Shown in pieces: positions 1 to 8,728 of a stretch of DNA of 58,965 nt. This stretch comes from a virus. Lineage: Duplodnaviria > Caudoviricetes. The stretch covers positions 1 through 58,965 of IMG/VR virus record IMGVR_UViG_3300044654_000030. One strand, given 5' to 3'. Made by a program: the position numbers and the translations under genes. How positions within the stretch are numbered: the stretch's first letter is position 1; each line of letters opens with the position of its first letter. The notes under the pieces are model-generated. The model made no database searches. It saw only the letters and a program-made list of their open reading frames with translations, and was not told the DNA's origin.

Positions 1-120
1 ACGTCTGAGTAATTATTTTACAACCCCGAGCCCCGGGCGGGGCCCCCCCCCGCCCCCCCGCTCCCGTCGTTCCGCCAGCCGTTCTTCCGCGAGGAGCTGG
101 ACGACCTGTACCGCGACCCC

Positions 121-2418
121 GTGGCCCACGACGTCGTCATCGCCGACGACGCGGGGCGCCCGCTGTTCACCCAGGAGGGCGTCCTCGCCCCGCGGGGCTG
201 GAGCCCCCGCGCCGTCCAGATCGCCGCCTCGAAATACCTGCACGGCGACCCCGCCCAGGGCCGCGACCCCACGGCCGGCGGCCGCGAGTCGTCGATCTAC
301 CACCTCCACGAGCGGGTCGCCAACTTCATCGCCCGCAAGGGGGAGGAGCTCGGCTACTTCCCCGACCCGTACGTCGCCGAGCGGTTCCGCCTGGAGCTCC
401 TGGGCCTGACCCTCGGCCAGTCCGCCGCGTTCAACTCCCCCGTCTGGTTCAACGTCGGCGTGGGCGACTACGGGATCGTCGGCGACAACCGGGCCTGGGC
501 CTGGGTCCCCGGCGGCGACCCGGAGGGCGGGGCCGTCTGCGAGGTGCGGGACACGTACCGCTACCCCCAGGGCTCGGCCTGCTTCATCCAGTCCGTGGAA
601 GACGACCTCGAAAGCATCATGGAGCTGGCCCGCAACGAGTGCATCATCTTCAAGCACGGCAGCGGCACGGGGACCGACTTCTCCAAGATCCGCTCCCGCA
701 AGGAGAAGCTGTCCAACGGCGGCACCCCCAGCGGGCCGGTGTCGTTCCTGAAGGTCTACGACCGCATCGCCGCCACCATCAAGTCGGGCGGGCGCACTCG
801 TCGGGCCGCGAAGATGCAGACCCTGGGCATCTGGCACCCCGACATCCTCGACTTCATCCGCGCCAAGGGGCGCGAGGAGCTGAAGGTCCAGGCCCTGATC
901 GAGGCCGGCTACCCCGCCGACTTCAACGGGGAGGCGTACGACACGGTCGCGTTCCAGAACGCGAACTTCTCGGTGCGGGTGCCCCGGAGGTTCTTCGACC
1001 ACCTGGACGCCGGCCGGCCCTGGCCCCTGGTCGCCGTGACGACCGGGGCGGTGATCGAGCGGGTCGATCCGGCCGAGCTCTGGCGGGCCGTCGCCCTGGA
1101 GACCTGGCGGTGCGGCGACCCGGGCGTCCAGTTCAACGACACGATCAACGACTGGCACACGACGCCCTTCGCCCGCGACGGCACCCCCACGCCGATCAAC
1201 TGCTCGAACCCGTGCAGCGAATACCTATCGATCGATGATTCCGCATGTAATCTGGCGTCCCTGAACCTGATGCGGTTCCTCACGCCCGACGGCCGGGGCT
1301 TCCGGCCGACGCGGCTGATGGCGGCGGTGCGGCTGCTGGTGGTCGCCCAGGACATTTTAGTGGACTCGTGCAGCTACCCGACCGAGGCGATCGCCCGCAA
1401 CGCGCACGCCTGCCGCCAGCTCGGGCTCGGGTTCTCGAACCTGGGGGCGCTGCTCCAGTCCTGGGGCGTCCCGTACGACAGCGACGCCGGCCGCGACCTG
1501 GCCTCGGCGCTGACGGCGTTGATCTGCGGACAGGCGTACCGCACCTCGGCGCGGCTGGCCCGGGCGCTGGGGCCGTTCGACGCCTGGTCCGTCAACCGCG
1601 AGGCGATGTCCCGCGTCATCGACAAGCACGCCGAGGAGCTCGACCGCCTGCTGAGGCGCCTGCCCGACGGGCCGGCCGTCCGGTCGCGGGCCGAGGCCGT
1701 CGCCCGCGACGTCGCCGGGTATGCCCTCTCCGCCTGGGACGAGGCCCAGGCCCTCGGCGACGACACCGGCTTCCGCAACGCGCAGGTCACGGCGATCGCC
1801 CCCACGGGGACGATCTCGTTCATGATGGACTGCGACACGACCGGGATCGAGCCCAACCTCGCCCTGGTCGCCGTCAAGCACCTGGCCGGCGGGGGGTCGA
1901 TCCCGGTCGTCAACCGCGTCGTCGCCCGGGCGCTGGAGGCGCTCGCGTATGACGAGCCGACGCGGGCGAAGGTCTGCGCCTACATCCTCCGCCACGGCAC
2001 CGCCGAGGGCTGCCCCGACCTGGACCCCGCCGACCTGCCGGTCTTCGACACCTCGTTCGCGCCGCCCGGCTTCAGCAGGACCCTCCGATGGGAGGCGCAC
2101 CTGCTGATGACCGCGGCGGTCCAGCCCTGGGTGACGGGAAGCATCTCGAAGACGGTCAACGTCCCGCACGAGTTCTCCGTCGATCAGGTCGCCGCCTGCT
2201 ATCGCCTGGCCCACGACCTGGGCCTGAAGTGCGTCGCGATCTACCGCGACGGCAGCAAGGGCTCGCAGCCCCTGGTCGCCGCCAACGGGGCGGCCCCCGC
2301 GCCGGCGGAGGGCGATCCGGAGTCCACCTGCCCCTCCTGCGGGCACGTCGGCACCCACCCGGCCGGCACCTGCCGGATCTGCCCGAACTGCGGCACCCCC
2401 GACGGCGGGTGCGCCTAA
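121..2418 (+). CDS. nrdJ: Class II (adenosylcobalamin-dependent) ribonucleotide reductase
   Basis: Motifs FNSPVWFN, PQGSACFI, KSGGRTRRAAKM, SNPCSEY (catalytic Cys/Glu), ACNLASLN, IAPTGTISF and ISKTVN, plus a C-terminal CxxC...CxxC zinc ribbon. NrdJ-like sequence seems to continue about 25 codons upstream of the GTG. Confidence 0.93.
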   Translation: MAHDVVIADDAGRPLFTQEGVLAPRGWSPRAVQIAASKYLHGDPAQGRDPTAGGRESSIYHLHERVANFIARKGEELGYFPDPYVAERFRLELLGLTLGQSAAFNSPVWFNVGVGDYGIVGDNRAWAWVPGGDPEGGAVCEVRDTYRYPQGSACFIQSVEDDLESIMELARNECIIFKHGSGTGTDFSKIRSRKEKLSNGGTPSGPVSFLKVYDRIAATIKSGGRTRRAAKMQTLGIWHPDILDFIRAKGREELKVQALIEAGYPADFNGEAYDTVAFQNANFSVRVPRRFFDHLDAGRPWPLVAVTTGAVIERVDPAELWRAVALETWRCGDPGVQFNDTINDWHTTPFARDGTPTPINCSNPCSEYLSIDDSACNLASLNLMRFLTPDGRGFRPTRLMAAVRLLVVAQDILVDSCSYPTEAIARNAHACRQLGLGFSNLGALLQSWGVPYDSDAGRDLASALTALICGQAYRTSARLARALGPFDAWSVNREAMSRVIDKHAEELDRLLRRLPDGPAVRSRAEAVARDVAGYALSAWDEAQALGDDTGFRNAQVTAIAPTGTISFMMDCDTTGIEPNLALVAVKHLAGGGSIPVVNRVVARALEALAYDEPTRAKVCAYILRHGTAEGCPDLDPADLPVFDTSFAPPGFSRTLRWEAHLLMTAAVQPWVTGSISKTVNVPHEFSVDQVAACYRLAHDLGLKCVAIYRDGSKGSQPLVAANGAAPAPAEGDPESTCPSCGHVGTHPAGTCRICPNCGTPDGGCA

Positions 2419-2451
2419 CCCGGCCCCTCCCGCGAATTTCGCGAACTCCCC

Positions 2452-2479
2452 TTGAAATCTCCGACGACCGCCGTATCCT
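2452..2479 (+). promoter_or_regulatory. sigma70-like promoter
   Basis: TTGAAA-16 bp-TATCCT, preceded by palindrome CGCGAA-T-TTCGCG (2431-2443). Confidence 0.55.
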
Positions 2480-2602
2480 GGTTGGTACGCCTTCTTAGGT
2501 AGGATAGCCGCCAGGATTGGCGGCTGCTGGCCGCGTCCCGTGGTCGGCGGACCGCGGGGACGTGCTCATCGTCGCTGATCGGATGGCCCCAGGAGTGGCA
2601 CC

Positions 2603-2857
2603 ATGCCCGAGCACCCCTGGGTCCGGGTGGACCTCGCGCGTCGCAGCGTCGAGTGTCGTCGCTGCCGGACCGTGCTCCCCACCCCATCGACCCGGGACCC
2701 CGCGGACCTCCTTCGTTTCCTCAGGGCGTTCACCTATGTCCACCGATTCTGCCAACCCCGGCCTCCCCTGGATCGACGTCGAGGGGGACGACCTCGTCTG
2801 CCGGGCCTGCGGGACGCGGGCCGCCGTGCCGCGCGGCCTGGGGGCCGACCAACTTGA
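2603..2857 (+). CDS. Small CxxC/HxxC zinc-binding protein
   Basis: RBS CAGGAG; PW...CRRC...HRFC. Confidence 0.6.
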   Translation: MPEHPWVRVDLARRSVECRRCRTVLPTPSTRDPADLLRFLRAFTYVHRFCQPRPPLDRRRGGRPRLPGLRDAGRRAARPGGRPT

Positions 2858-2996
2858 GGCGCTGATCCGCAAGCACGTCGCGGACCACACCCACCCCGAG
2901 CGGTTCGACCTGCCCGGGGGCCCGAGTCAGCCCGGGGGCGGTCCTCGGGCCGGGGGCGAGCCGCCCGCCCCGACACCGACCGGCGGCGACCCGTGA
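2736..2996 (+). CDS. Small CxxC zinc-binding protein, paralog of the preceding gene
   Basis: MSTDSANPGLPWIDVEGDDLVCRACG...HVADH; internal ATG of track ORF 2517..2996. Confidence 0.55.
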   Translation: MSTDSANPGLPWIDVEGDDLVCRACGTRAAVPRGLGADQLEALIRKHVADHTHPERFDLPGGPSQPGGGPRAGGEPPAPTPTGGDP

Positions 2997-3193
2997 GGAG
3001 GGAGCCTATGGCCCATCGGGCAGGACCGTAGAGGGGTCCGCCCCACTCTTGACGCATAGCCCACGGCCCGGCCCGCCCCACCCTGACGGGGTGCCTTTCC
3101 CGAAACCCCGCCCGGGACGACCTCACCGGCGGGCCGGGCCCGACCATCGGCCCCGGATGGACCCCGACCGCACCCCCCCCAGGACCAACCTCC

Positions 3194-3940
3194 ATGATCG
3201 ACACCGACGCTGCGCCCGCCGCCGTCCGCGCCGCCCGCCGGCTCAAGGAGCACACCGTCTCGGCCGGCCGTCCCTTCCTCCCCCCCGTGATCGCCACGGA
3301 GCATGCCGGGCGGCTCGCCTGGCTGGCGATCGCCCCCGAGGCGGACATCGAAGCCGCCCTCGTCGCCGCGGAGATCGCCTGGACCAGCGGCACCTGGGAC
3401 GCCCTGTCCTTCGCGATGGACACCTGCTTCGTCCTGGGCGCCATCGGCGAGTCGCCCGAGGCGATCCGCCGCCGCTACCCGCCCGGGGCCATCCAGGACG
3501 CCTGGGAGCGGGGCGGGCCGGCCGCCCGGGAGGTCGGCCACGCCCTGATCGTCCACCACCAGGCCAGGGCCGGCGCCCGGCACATCGCCCTGCTCCCCTA
3601 CCGCCCCGGCACGCCCGGCCGGGCCTTCGCTTGGCTCGACGAGGGCGCCATCGCCGCCCGCCTCGGCCGCGGCGTCCGCCGCCCGGAGGCCGGCGGGCCG
3701 ATCCTCGACCGCCTCCGCCGGGTCGTCCGCCGGCCTCCCGAGATGGAGGCCGAGGACGTCCGCGCGGTCTGCCGGGAGCAGGGGATCGGCCCCCGGCTGG
3801 CCCGCGCCATCGCCCGCGACGTCGCCGACCAGGTCCTCCGCGGCTACGGCTACGCGGTCCTGGGCGAGCGGGTGCTCCGCGCCTGGTTGGACGGGGAACA
3901 TCTCACGGAGCGGGAAGTTCAAGAAGTCCTGGGGCTCTGA
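3194..3940 (+). CDS. Hypothetical protein
   Basis: 248 aa, normal composition, high GC3. Confidence 0.7.
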   Translation: MIDTDAAPAAVRAARRLKEHTVSAGRPFLPPVIATEHAGRLAWLAIAPEADIEAALVAAEIAWTSGTWDALSFAMDTCFVLGAIGESPEAIRRRYPPGAIQDAWERGGPAAREVGHALIVHHQARAGARHIALLPYRPGTPGRAFAWLDEGAIAARLGRGVRRPEAGGPILDRLRRVVRRPPEMEAEDVRAVCREQGIGPRLARAIARDVADQVLRGYGYAVLGERVLRAWLDGEHLTEREVQEVLGL

Positions 3941-3997
3941 CCGACATGGGAAAGCATCGGGCGCGCGGCGCGCCCCGTATCCCCCGAGGACCCCACG

Positions 3998-4543
3998 ATG
4001 TTCCCCTGGATGCTCTGCTGCGCCCTGGCGGTCGGGACCGAGGACAGCGTCCCCCCGCCGCCGCCGGCCCCCGCCCGCGGCTACGAGACGATCCCCCAGG
4101 CCCAGGCCGTGGGCCAGCTCCCGGTCGCGATCCCGGCCCCGGCGCCGGCGGCCCCGGCGCCGACCCCGCAGGTCATCGTCGTGGCCCTGCCGGCGGCGGC
4201 CGTGGCCCCCAGCCCCCAGGCCCCGATCACGGCATCGCCCCAGGTCGCGCCCGTCGCCATGCCGACTCAGGCGATCCAGACCACTACCGTCGTCCGCGCC
4301 CCGGGCCCGTTCCGGGCGTGCTTGGGTCGGATCGGCCAGAAGCTGATCGCCTGCGCCCAGCCGCGGACGACCACCACCCAGACCGTCGTGACCACCACCC
4401 CGGTCCAGATGCCGCTGCCGGTCGCCGCCCCGTGCGCCCCGGCCGCCAAGGCGCCCCCGGTGCCGGCGGTCGCCCCGGTCGCCCTGCCGGCGAAGGCCGC
4501 GCCGACCTGGACCTACCCCAACTTCGGATACGCACCACGATGA
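3998..4543 (+). CDS. Pro/Ala/Thr-rich protein with possible signal peptide
   Basis: N-terminus MFPWMLCCALAVG; RBS GAGG; ATGA overlap with next gene. Confidence 0.65.
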   Translation: MFPWMLCCALAVGTEDSVPPPPPAPARGYETIPQAQAVGQLPVAIPAPAPAAPAPTPQVIVVALPAAAVAPSPQAPITASPQVAPVAMPTQAIQTTTVVRAPGPFRACLGRIGQKLIACAQPRTTTTQTVVTTTPVQMPLPVAAPCAPAAKAPPVPAVAPVALPAKAAPTWTYPNFGYAPR

Positions 4544-4797
4544 CCGAGTCGCCCGTCTTCGCCCTCGACCATCTCCCCGAGCCCATGCGATCCCAGGTCC
4601 GGAGGCGGGCCGACGCCCTGGCCGACTCCTTCAACACCAGCCGCCGCGCGATCGTCCGGTTCGACCCGGACGTCACCGACCTGCGGCTCTTCCAGGCGTT
4701 CGCGCTCCAGCAGCTCGCGATCTGCTTCGTCCTGATCGCGGAGCTGACCGCCACGATCGAGACGCTCGCCCGCGATGCGGCGCCGGACGGCCCTTGA
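4540..4797 (+). CDS. Hypothetical protein
   Basis: MTESPVFALDHL..., translationally coupled (ATGA). Confidence 0.65.
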   Translation: MTESPVFALDHLPEPMRSQVRRRADALADSFNTSRRAIVRFDPDVTDLRLFQAFALQQLAICFVLIAELTATIETLARDAAPDGP

Positions 4798-4807
4798 GGA
4801 GGCCCCC

Positions 4808-5140
4808 ATGAGGATCACCATCCTGGACCACCACCAGTTCGTCGTGGTCGGCCAGCTCCTGGCCGGGGAGCAGCCCGGCCCCCGGCTCCAGCGGCGGCTC
4901 GCCGAGGCCGGCATCCCGATCCGGGGCTACTGGAGCTTCCGCCGGAAGCTCCAGATGTTGGAGCTGGCCGGCCTGGTCGTCAGCCGCCGCGAGGAGGCCA
5001 CGACCGAGGGCCACTGCGCCAGCACCGGGGCCCCGCGGGCCGTCGCCACCCGGTGGCGGGTCTACACCCTGACCGACGCGGGCCGGCTGGCCTGGGCGCG
5101 GACCCGCGACTTCTACCGCCTGCACGGGGAGCCCGCCTGA
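4808..5140 (+). CDS. PadR-like winged-helix DNA-binding protein
   Basis: LQMLELAGLVVS...RVYTLTDAGRLA wHTH signature; RBS GAGGAGG. Confidence 0.7.
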   Translation: MRITILDHHQFVVVGQLLAGEQPGPRLQRRLAEAGIPIRGYWSFRRKLQMLELAGLVVSRREEATTEGHCASTGAPRAVATRWRVYTLTDAGRLAWARTRDFYRLHGEPA

Positions 5141-5180
5141 AGAGGGCCGGGCCGTCTGGGAGGCGCACCGGGATCTCGAC

Positions 5181-5210
5181 TTGACGGAGGGGCCCGCCTG
5201 AAGGTACGCT
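5181..5210 (+). promoter_or_regulatory. sigma70-like promoter facing attP, antisense to the integrase
   Basis: TTGACG-18 bp-TACGCT. Confidence 0.45.
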
Positions 5211-5231
5211 GGTCCCCGTCTTGGGGAGACG

Positions 5232-5278
5232 CGAAACCGCCGGAAGGGGTGGCCCCCGCCACCTCCCCGGCGGTCTTC
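5232..5278. terminator. Long hairpin between convergent genes
   Basis: GAAACCGCCGG-AAGGGGTGGC-CCCC-GCCACCTCC-CCGGCGGTCTTC. Confidence 0.55.
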
Positions 5279-5285
5279 GTTGCGC

Positions 5286-6956
5286 TCAGAAGACGAGCCA
5301 GGCGCGCTCGCAGTTGGTTCGAGTGGTTGAACATCCCGTTGATGGAACTGCGAGCGCGCCGTCGTCCCCCAAGCCCAAGTCCAGACACAAGTTCAGGTGA
5401 TGGCCGTCCCCCAGGAACCGGGCGTCGAGCCAGTCCAGGATGTGCCGTCGCTGGTCCCACGTCTGGGCAGCCTGGTTCTCCAGCCCGGCACGGACCTGCG
5501 CGGCGTGCCGGGCCAGGGCCTCCGCCTTCGCGTCGATCGCGTCGTAGCCGGCCAGCAGCCCCTGGAGCTGCGCGATGCGGGCCGCGTGGCCGTCGCGCTC
5601 GCGATTCGCCTGGGCGACCTCGCGGAGGATCATGTCGCGCAGCTCGGGGTCGTCCTGCCTGCCGAAGCTCTCCATCATGTTCTGCGCCCGGCGCTCCGCG
5701 TCCTGCTTCGCCCGCTCGGCCGCGGCCAGGCTCTCGCGATGCAGGGCCTCGCCGGGCTTGTCCCGCGTCATCCGGGCGATCTCCTGCTCGATCAGCCCCG
5801 CGGTGGTGAGCACCCGGACGACCTCGGCCCAGGCGACGTCGCGGATCTCGTCGTCGTAGACGGCCCGGACGGGGCAGGCGGGCGTGCCCGGGGTGCGGAG
5901 GTGTCGGTTGCAGCGATAGCAGGGCCGGTACGCGGGCCCGTCGCCGGCGCGACGATCGCGCGTGTAGGAGACCCACATCGGGCCGCGGCAGGCCATGCAG
6001 TAGATCCGCCCCCGCAGGAAGGTGGAGGCGCGGGCGGCGCGGCCGGCGGCGTGCCCGATGCGGGCGTGATGGCGGGCGGACATCGCGGCGACGGCCCGGT
6101 CCCAGGTCGCGGCGTCCACCAGGGCCTCGGTCTTGGCGTCGTGGGCGACGGTCCAGCGCTCCCGGGGCAGCTTGCGGTACTTCTTCCGACCGATCGTCTC
6201 GTACCGGAGGTGGGTGCTGACGCCCTTGTAGACCTCGTCCCGGACGAGGGCGTGGATGATGCCCGTGGTCCAGCGGGCCCGGCGCGACCGCGGCGGCAGG
6301 CCGCGCCGGGCGCCCGGGGTCGGGACCTGGTGCCGGTTCAGCTCATCGGCGATCTCCGTCAGGGTCCAGCCCTGGTTGGCGAGCCAGTCGTAGATCCGGC
6401 GGACCCAGGGGGCGATCCGGGGGTCCGCGACGCGGGTCCGGGTCTTCTTGTCCCAGGTCAGGCCGTACCGCCCGCCGCCTTCGCCGACGAGCTGCCCGGC
6501 GTCGCGGATCTCCTTCTTGACGCGCATCGTCCGTTCCTGGATCAGCTCCCACTCGACCTCATGGGCCCACCCCCGGATGGCGAGCATCACCTTGCCGGTC
6601 GAGTTGTCCTCGATCGGGACCAGGACGCAATGGACCCGGCAACCCCGGCGGCGGAACTCCTCGACGAGGACCTGGAGATCGGTCATGTCGCGCGCCAAGC
6701 GTTCGGTGTTGTGGACGATCACGCCGCCGATGGCCCCGACGCGGGCCAGCTCGCGGATACGCCCCAGCCCGGGGCGGATGTCGGCGGTCTTCATGCCGGA
6801 GAAGCGCTCGAAGACGACGAGATCGGGCGGGATCTCCAGGCCGCGGGCGTCGGCGAACTGGCGGATCGACGCGAGCTGGGTGTGCAGGGAATCGTCGGCG
6901 TCGCCGTGCTCATCCGAGACGCGGCAATAGGCGGCAAAGGGCTTGGTCTGGCTCAT
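5286..6956 (-). CDS. Large serine recombinase (integrase)
   Basis: YCRVS catalytic motif, SG...RPGL, ERLARD; recombinase domain; zinc ribbon (CMAC...YRC...C); coiled coil. Confidence 0.95.
   Translation of the reverse strand: MSQTKPFAAYCRVSDEHGDADDSLHTQLASIRQFADARGLEIPPDLVVFERFSGMKTADIRPGLGRIRELARVGAIGGVIVHNTERLARDMTDLQVLVEEFRRRGCRVHCVLVPIEDNSTGKVMLAIRGWAHEVEWELIQERTMRVKKEIRDAGQLVGEGGGRYGLTWDKKTRTRVADPRIAPWVRRIYDWLANQGWTLTEIADELNRHQVPTPGARRGLPPRSRRARWTTGIIHALVRDEVYKGVSTHLRYETIGRKKYRKLPRERWTVAHDAKTEALVDAATWDRAVAAMSARHHARIGHAAGRAARASTFLRGRIYCMACRGPMWVSYTRDRRAGDGPAYRPCYRCNRHLRTPGTPACPVRAVYDDEIRDVAWAEVVRVLTTAGLIEQEIARMTRDKPGEALHRESLAAAERAKQDAERRAQNMMESFGRQDDPELRDMILREVAQANRERDGHAARIAQLQGLLAGYDAIDAKAEALARHAAQVRAGLENQAAQTWDQRRHILDWLDARFLGDGHHLNLCLDLGLGDDGALAVPSTGCSTTRTNCERAWLVF
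5301..5360. mobile_element. Candidate attP of the serine integrase
   Basis: Perfect 15-bp inverted arms GGCGCGCTCGCAGTT / AACTGCGAGCGCGCC around a 30-bp partly symmetric lower-GC core centred on TG-AA-CA (5330-5331). Confidence 0.7.
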
Positions 6957-6992
6957 GGGCTCCTCCTCCGGGTGTCGGGCGACGAACGGATC

Positions 6993-7022
6993 ATTTTAGC
7001 ACGAATCGGACCGCCCCGTCAA
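6993..7022 (-). promoter_or_regulatory. Integrase promoter (extended -10)
   Basis: TTGACG-18 bp-TAAAAT with TGn extension; RBS GGAGGAG before the ATG. Confidence 0.65.
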
Positions 7023-7184
7023 GGGGGCCCGATCGATCCACCGGAGGATCGCCTGCATGGCGCGGTCGCGGGCGGCGATCCGGGCCGGCGTCAGGGGCGT
7101 GCGGATGATCGTCGTGGTGATCCTGACGGCGTCGGGGGACTTGAAAGGTTGGCGGGGGTTGCGTGGTTTGCGTGGGCTGGGCAT
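6996..7184 (-). CDS. Small basic protein, possible recombination directionality factor
   Basis: MPSPRKPRNPRQPF..., between the excisionase-like genes and the integrase. Confidence 0.45.
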   Translation of the reverse strand: MPSPRKPRNPRQPFKSPDAVRITTTIIRTPLTPARIAARDRAMQAILRWIDRAPLTGRSDSC

Positions 7185-7186
7185 CG

Positions 7187-7474
7187 TCACGCCCTCCGCT
7201 CGGTGGCCGCGAGGAGCTCCAGGAGGGCGGCCCCGCGGACCCGGAGGGCCTGCCGCTTGCCCGGCGACGCGATGTCGATCGCGGGGAGGACGCCGCGCTT
7301 CCAGAGGTTGCGGATGTGGTCCGGGCTGCATTGCAACAGCCGGGCGGCCTCCTGGCGATCGAACAGGGCGTCGGGGTCGATCGTCGGGGGTTTGGCACCC
7401 AGGACGGCGGCCTCCAGGGCGTCCAGGCGGGCCACCAGGCGGGCCTCCAGGGCGGCACAGTCGGGGCAGGTCAT
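7187..7474 (-). CDS. Excisionase-like HTH (MerR/HTH_17-type) protein 2
   Basis: LFDRQEAARLLQCSPDHIRNLWKRGVLPA. Confidence 0.75.
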   Translation of the reverse strand: MTCPDCAALEARLVARLDALEAAVLGAKPPTIDPDALFDRQEAARLLQCSPDHIRNLWKRGVLPAIDIASPGKRQALRVRGAALLELLAATERRA

Positions 7475-7754
7475 CGATACGGCCTCCGCTCGCGGGCCGC
7501 GTGCCACGCCAGGACGGCGGCCCCGGTGGTCCGGAGGGACTTGTTCCGCCGGCCCCCCGGCGTGACGTCGATGGCGGGGAAGTCGCCCCGCGTGACGAGG
7601 ATGCGGGCGTGGGACACGCTGCACCCCAGCAGCCGGGCGACCTCCGGGATCGTGTACAGGGCCTCCGGGTCGATCTTCGGGGTCCGGGCCGCCTGGGCGG
7701 CCTCCAGGGCGGCGACGCGAGGTTCCAGGGCGGCACAGTCGGGGCAGGTCATCG
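7446..7754. repeat. 31-bp direct repeat (7446-7476, 7724-7754) covering the starts of both HTH genes
   Basis: TCCAGGGCGGCACAGTCGGGGCAGGTCATCG occurs twice. Confidence 0.9.
7471..7752 (-). CDS. Excisionase-like HTH (MerR/HTH_17-type) protein 1
   Basis: LYTIPEVARLLGCSVSHARILVTRGDFPA. Confidence 0.75.
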   Translation of the reverse strand: MTCPDCAALEPRVAALEAAQAARTPKIDPEALYTIPEVARLLGCSVSHARILVTRGDFPAIDVTPGGRRNKSLRTTGAAVLAWHAARERRPYR

Positions 7755-7861
7755 GCGGCTCTCCACGCGGCTCGGGTGCCGGCGCGAACGTCGGGCCGGC
7801 GCGTCCCCATCATCGGCGGCGACCCCGCCGCGTCGGCTAGTTTTCTCCGGGGAGGTGGCGG

Positions 7862-8272
7862 ATGGGCGACGACATCCGGAGCGCGTTCGCGAAGGCCGGC
7901 GGCGACCCGCAGGGGGCGCTGCTGGAAGTGCTGATGTTGTTCCTGAGGCACCAGCGGGACTCGAACACCGCGATCGCCGCGCTCTCGCAGGCGATCCAGA
8001 CGCAGCGCGACGACAAGCGGCTGTCGAAGATCGAGTCGCTGGTGGAGGAGTGCCGGGAGCGGCTCACGCGGCTGGAGCAGGAGATCCGGGGCCTGGTCGT
8101 GATCCTGGAGCCGGGGCTGCGGCCGGCGCTGGCGGAGCTGGCGGTCGAGCCCGAGAAGATCCTGCGCGACGCCCTGCACCGGCCGGGGGAGGGGGTGCGC
8201 CCGGCCCCGGCCATGAATCCCCAGAAGGCGACGGAGGGGACCACTTGGGGGCCGGGCGCACGGCCATCCTAG
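7862..8272 (+). CDS. Hypothetical coiled-coil protein
   Basis: RBS GGAGGT; helical composition. Confidence 0.65.
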   Translation: MGDDIRSAFAKAGGDPQGALLEVLMLFLRHQRDSNTAIAALSQAIQTQRDDKRLSKIESLVEECRERLTRLEQEIRGLVVILEPGLRPALAELAVEPEKILRDALHRPGEGVRPAPAMNPQKATEGTTWGPGARPS

Positions 8273-8577
8273 GCCAGCGGGTCCGGGCGCGTCAAGGGGG
8301 CCGGGGGCCAGTCCGCGGGCGGGGTCCAGCCGAGGCGCTCGGCCAGGCTCAGGATCTGGATCGCCGTGGGGAACCGGCAGCCCGACTCGCGGCGCCAGGC
8401 GTCGAGGGCGCGCAGGAAGGCGGCGTGGCGGTCGAGGTAGACGGCGCAGGGGGCGGTGGAGGGGTCGGCATAGGTGGGGCTGCGCCCCTTGCTGCCGGCG
8501 CGGTTGGCGGGGTTGTAGGCGCGGGGGTAGAAGTCGCGGGGGCGGTCGTGCAGCACGCCGGGCTTCCGGGTGCCCAT
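8269..8577 (-). CDS. Homolog of a Planctomycetota small conserved protein
   Basis: DPST...FLRALDAWRRESGCRFPTAIQILSLAERLGW resembles, from recall, the DPTTC...FMxAMDxYKRxSGRxFPTxSEVL...LGY family. Confidence 0.65.
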   Translation of the reverse strand: MGTRKPGVLHDRPRDFYPRAYNPANRAGSKGRSPTYADPSTAPCAVYLDRHAAFLRALDAWRRESGCRFPTAIQILSLAERLGWTPPADWPPAPLTRPDPLA

Positions 8578-8668
8578 GCGGGCCTCCGTCGGGTTCGGGC
8601 CGGGCGCCCGCCCCGGGGACCCCACGTCGGGGCTGCTCCGTCGCAGCGGGCCGGGCGCGACGGGGGAC

Positions 8669-8696
8669 ATTCTAGGCGGGCCGCCCGGCGAGTCAA
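8669..8696 (-). promoter_or_regulatory. sigma70-like promoter
   Basis: TTGACT-16 bp-TAGAAT. Confidence 0.65.
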
Positions 8697-8728
8697 GCCT
8701 GATCTGGCCGGGCGGCCCGCGGGCCGGC

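Noticed and set aside
121-2418. Intein or intron in nrdJ (also considered for the terminase)
   Set aside because: Motif spacing and lengths are normal; no intein-end or LAGLIDADG signatures.
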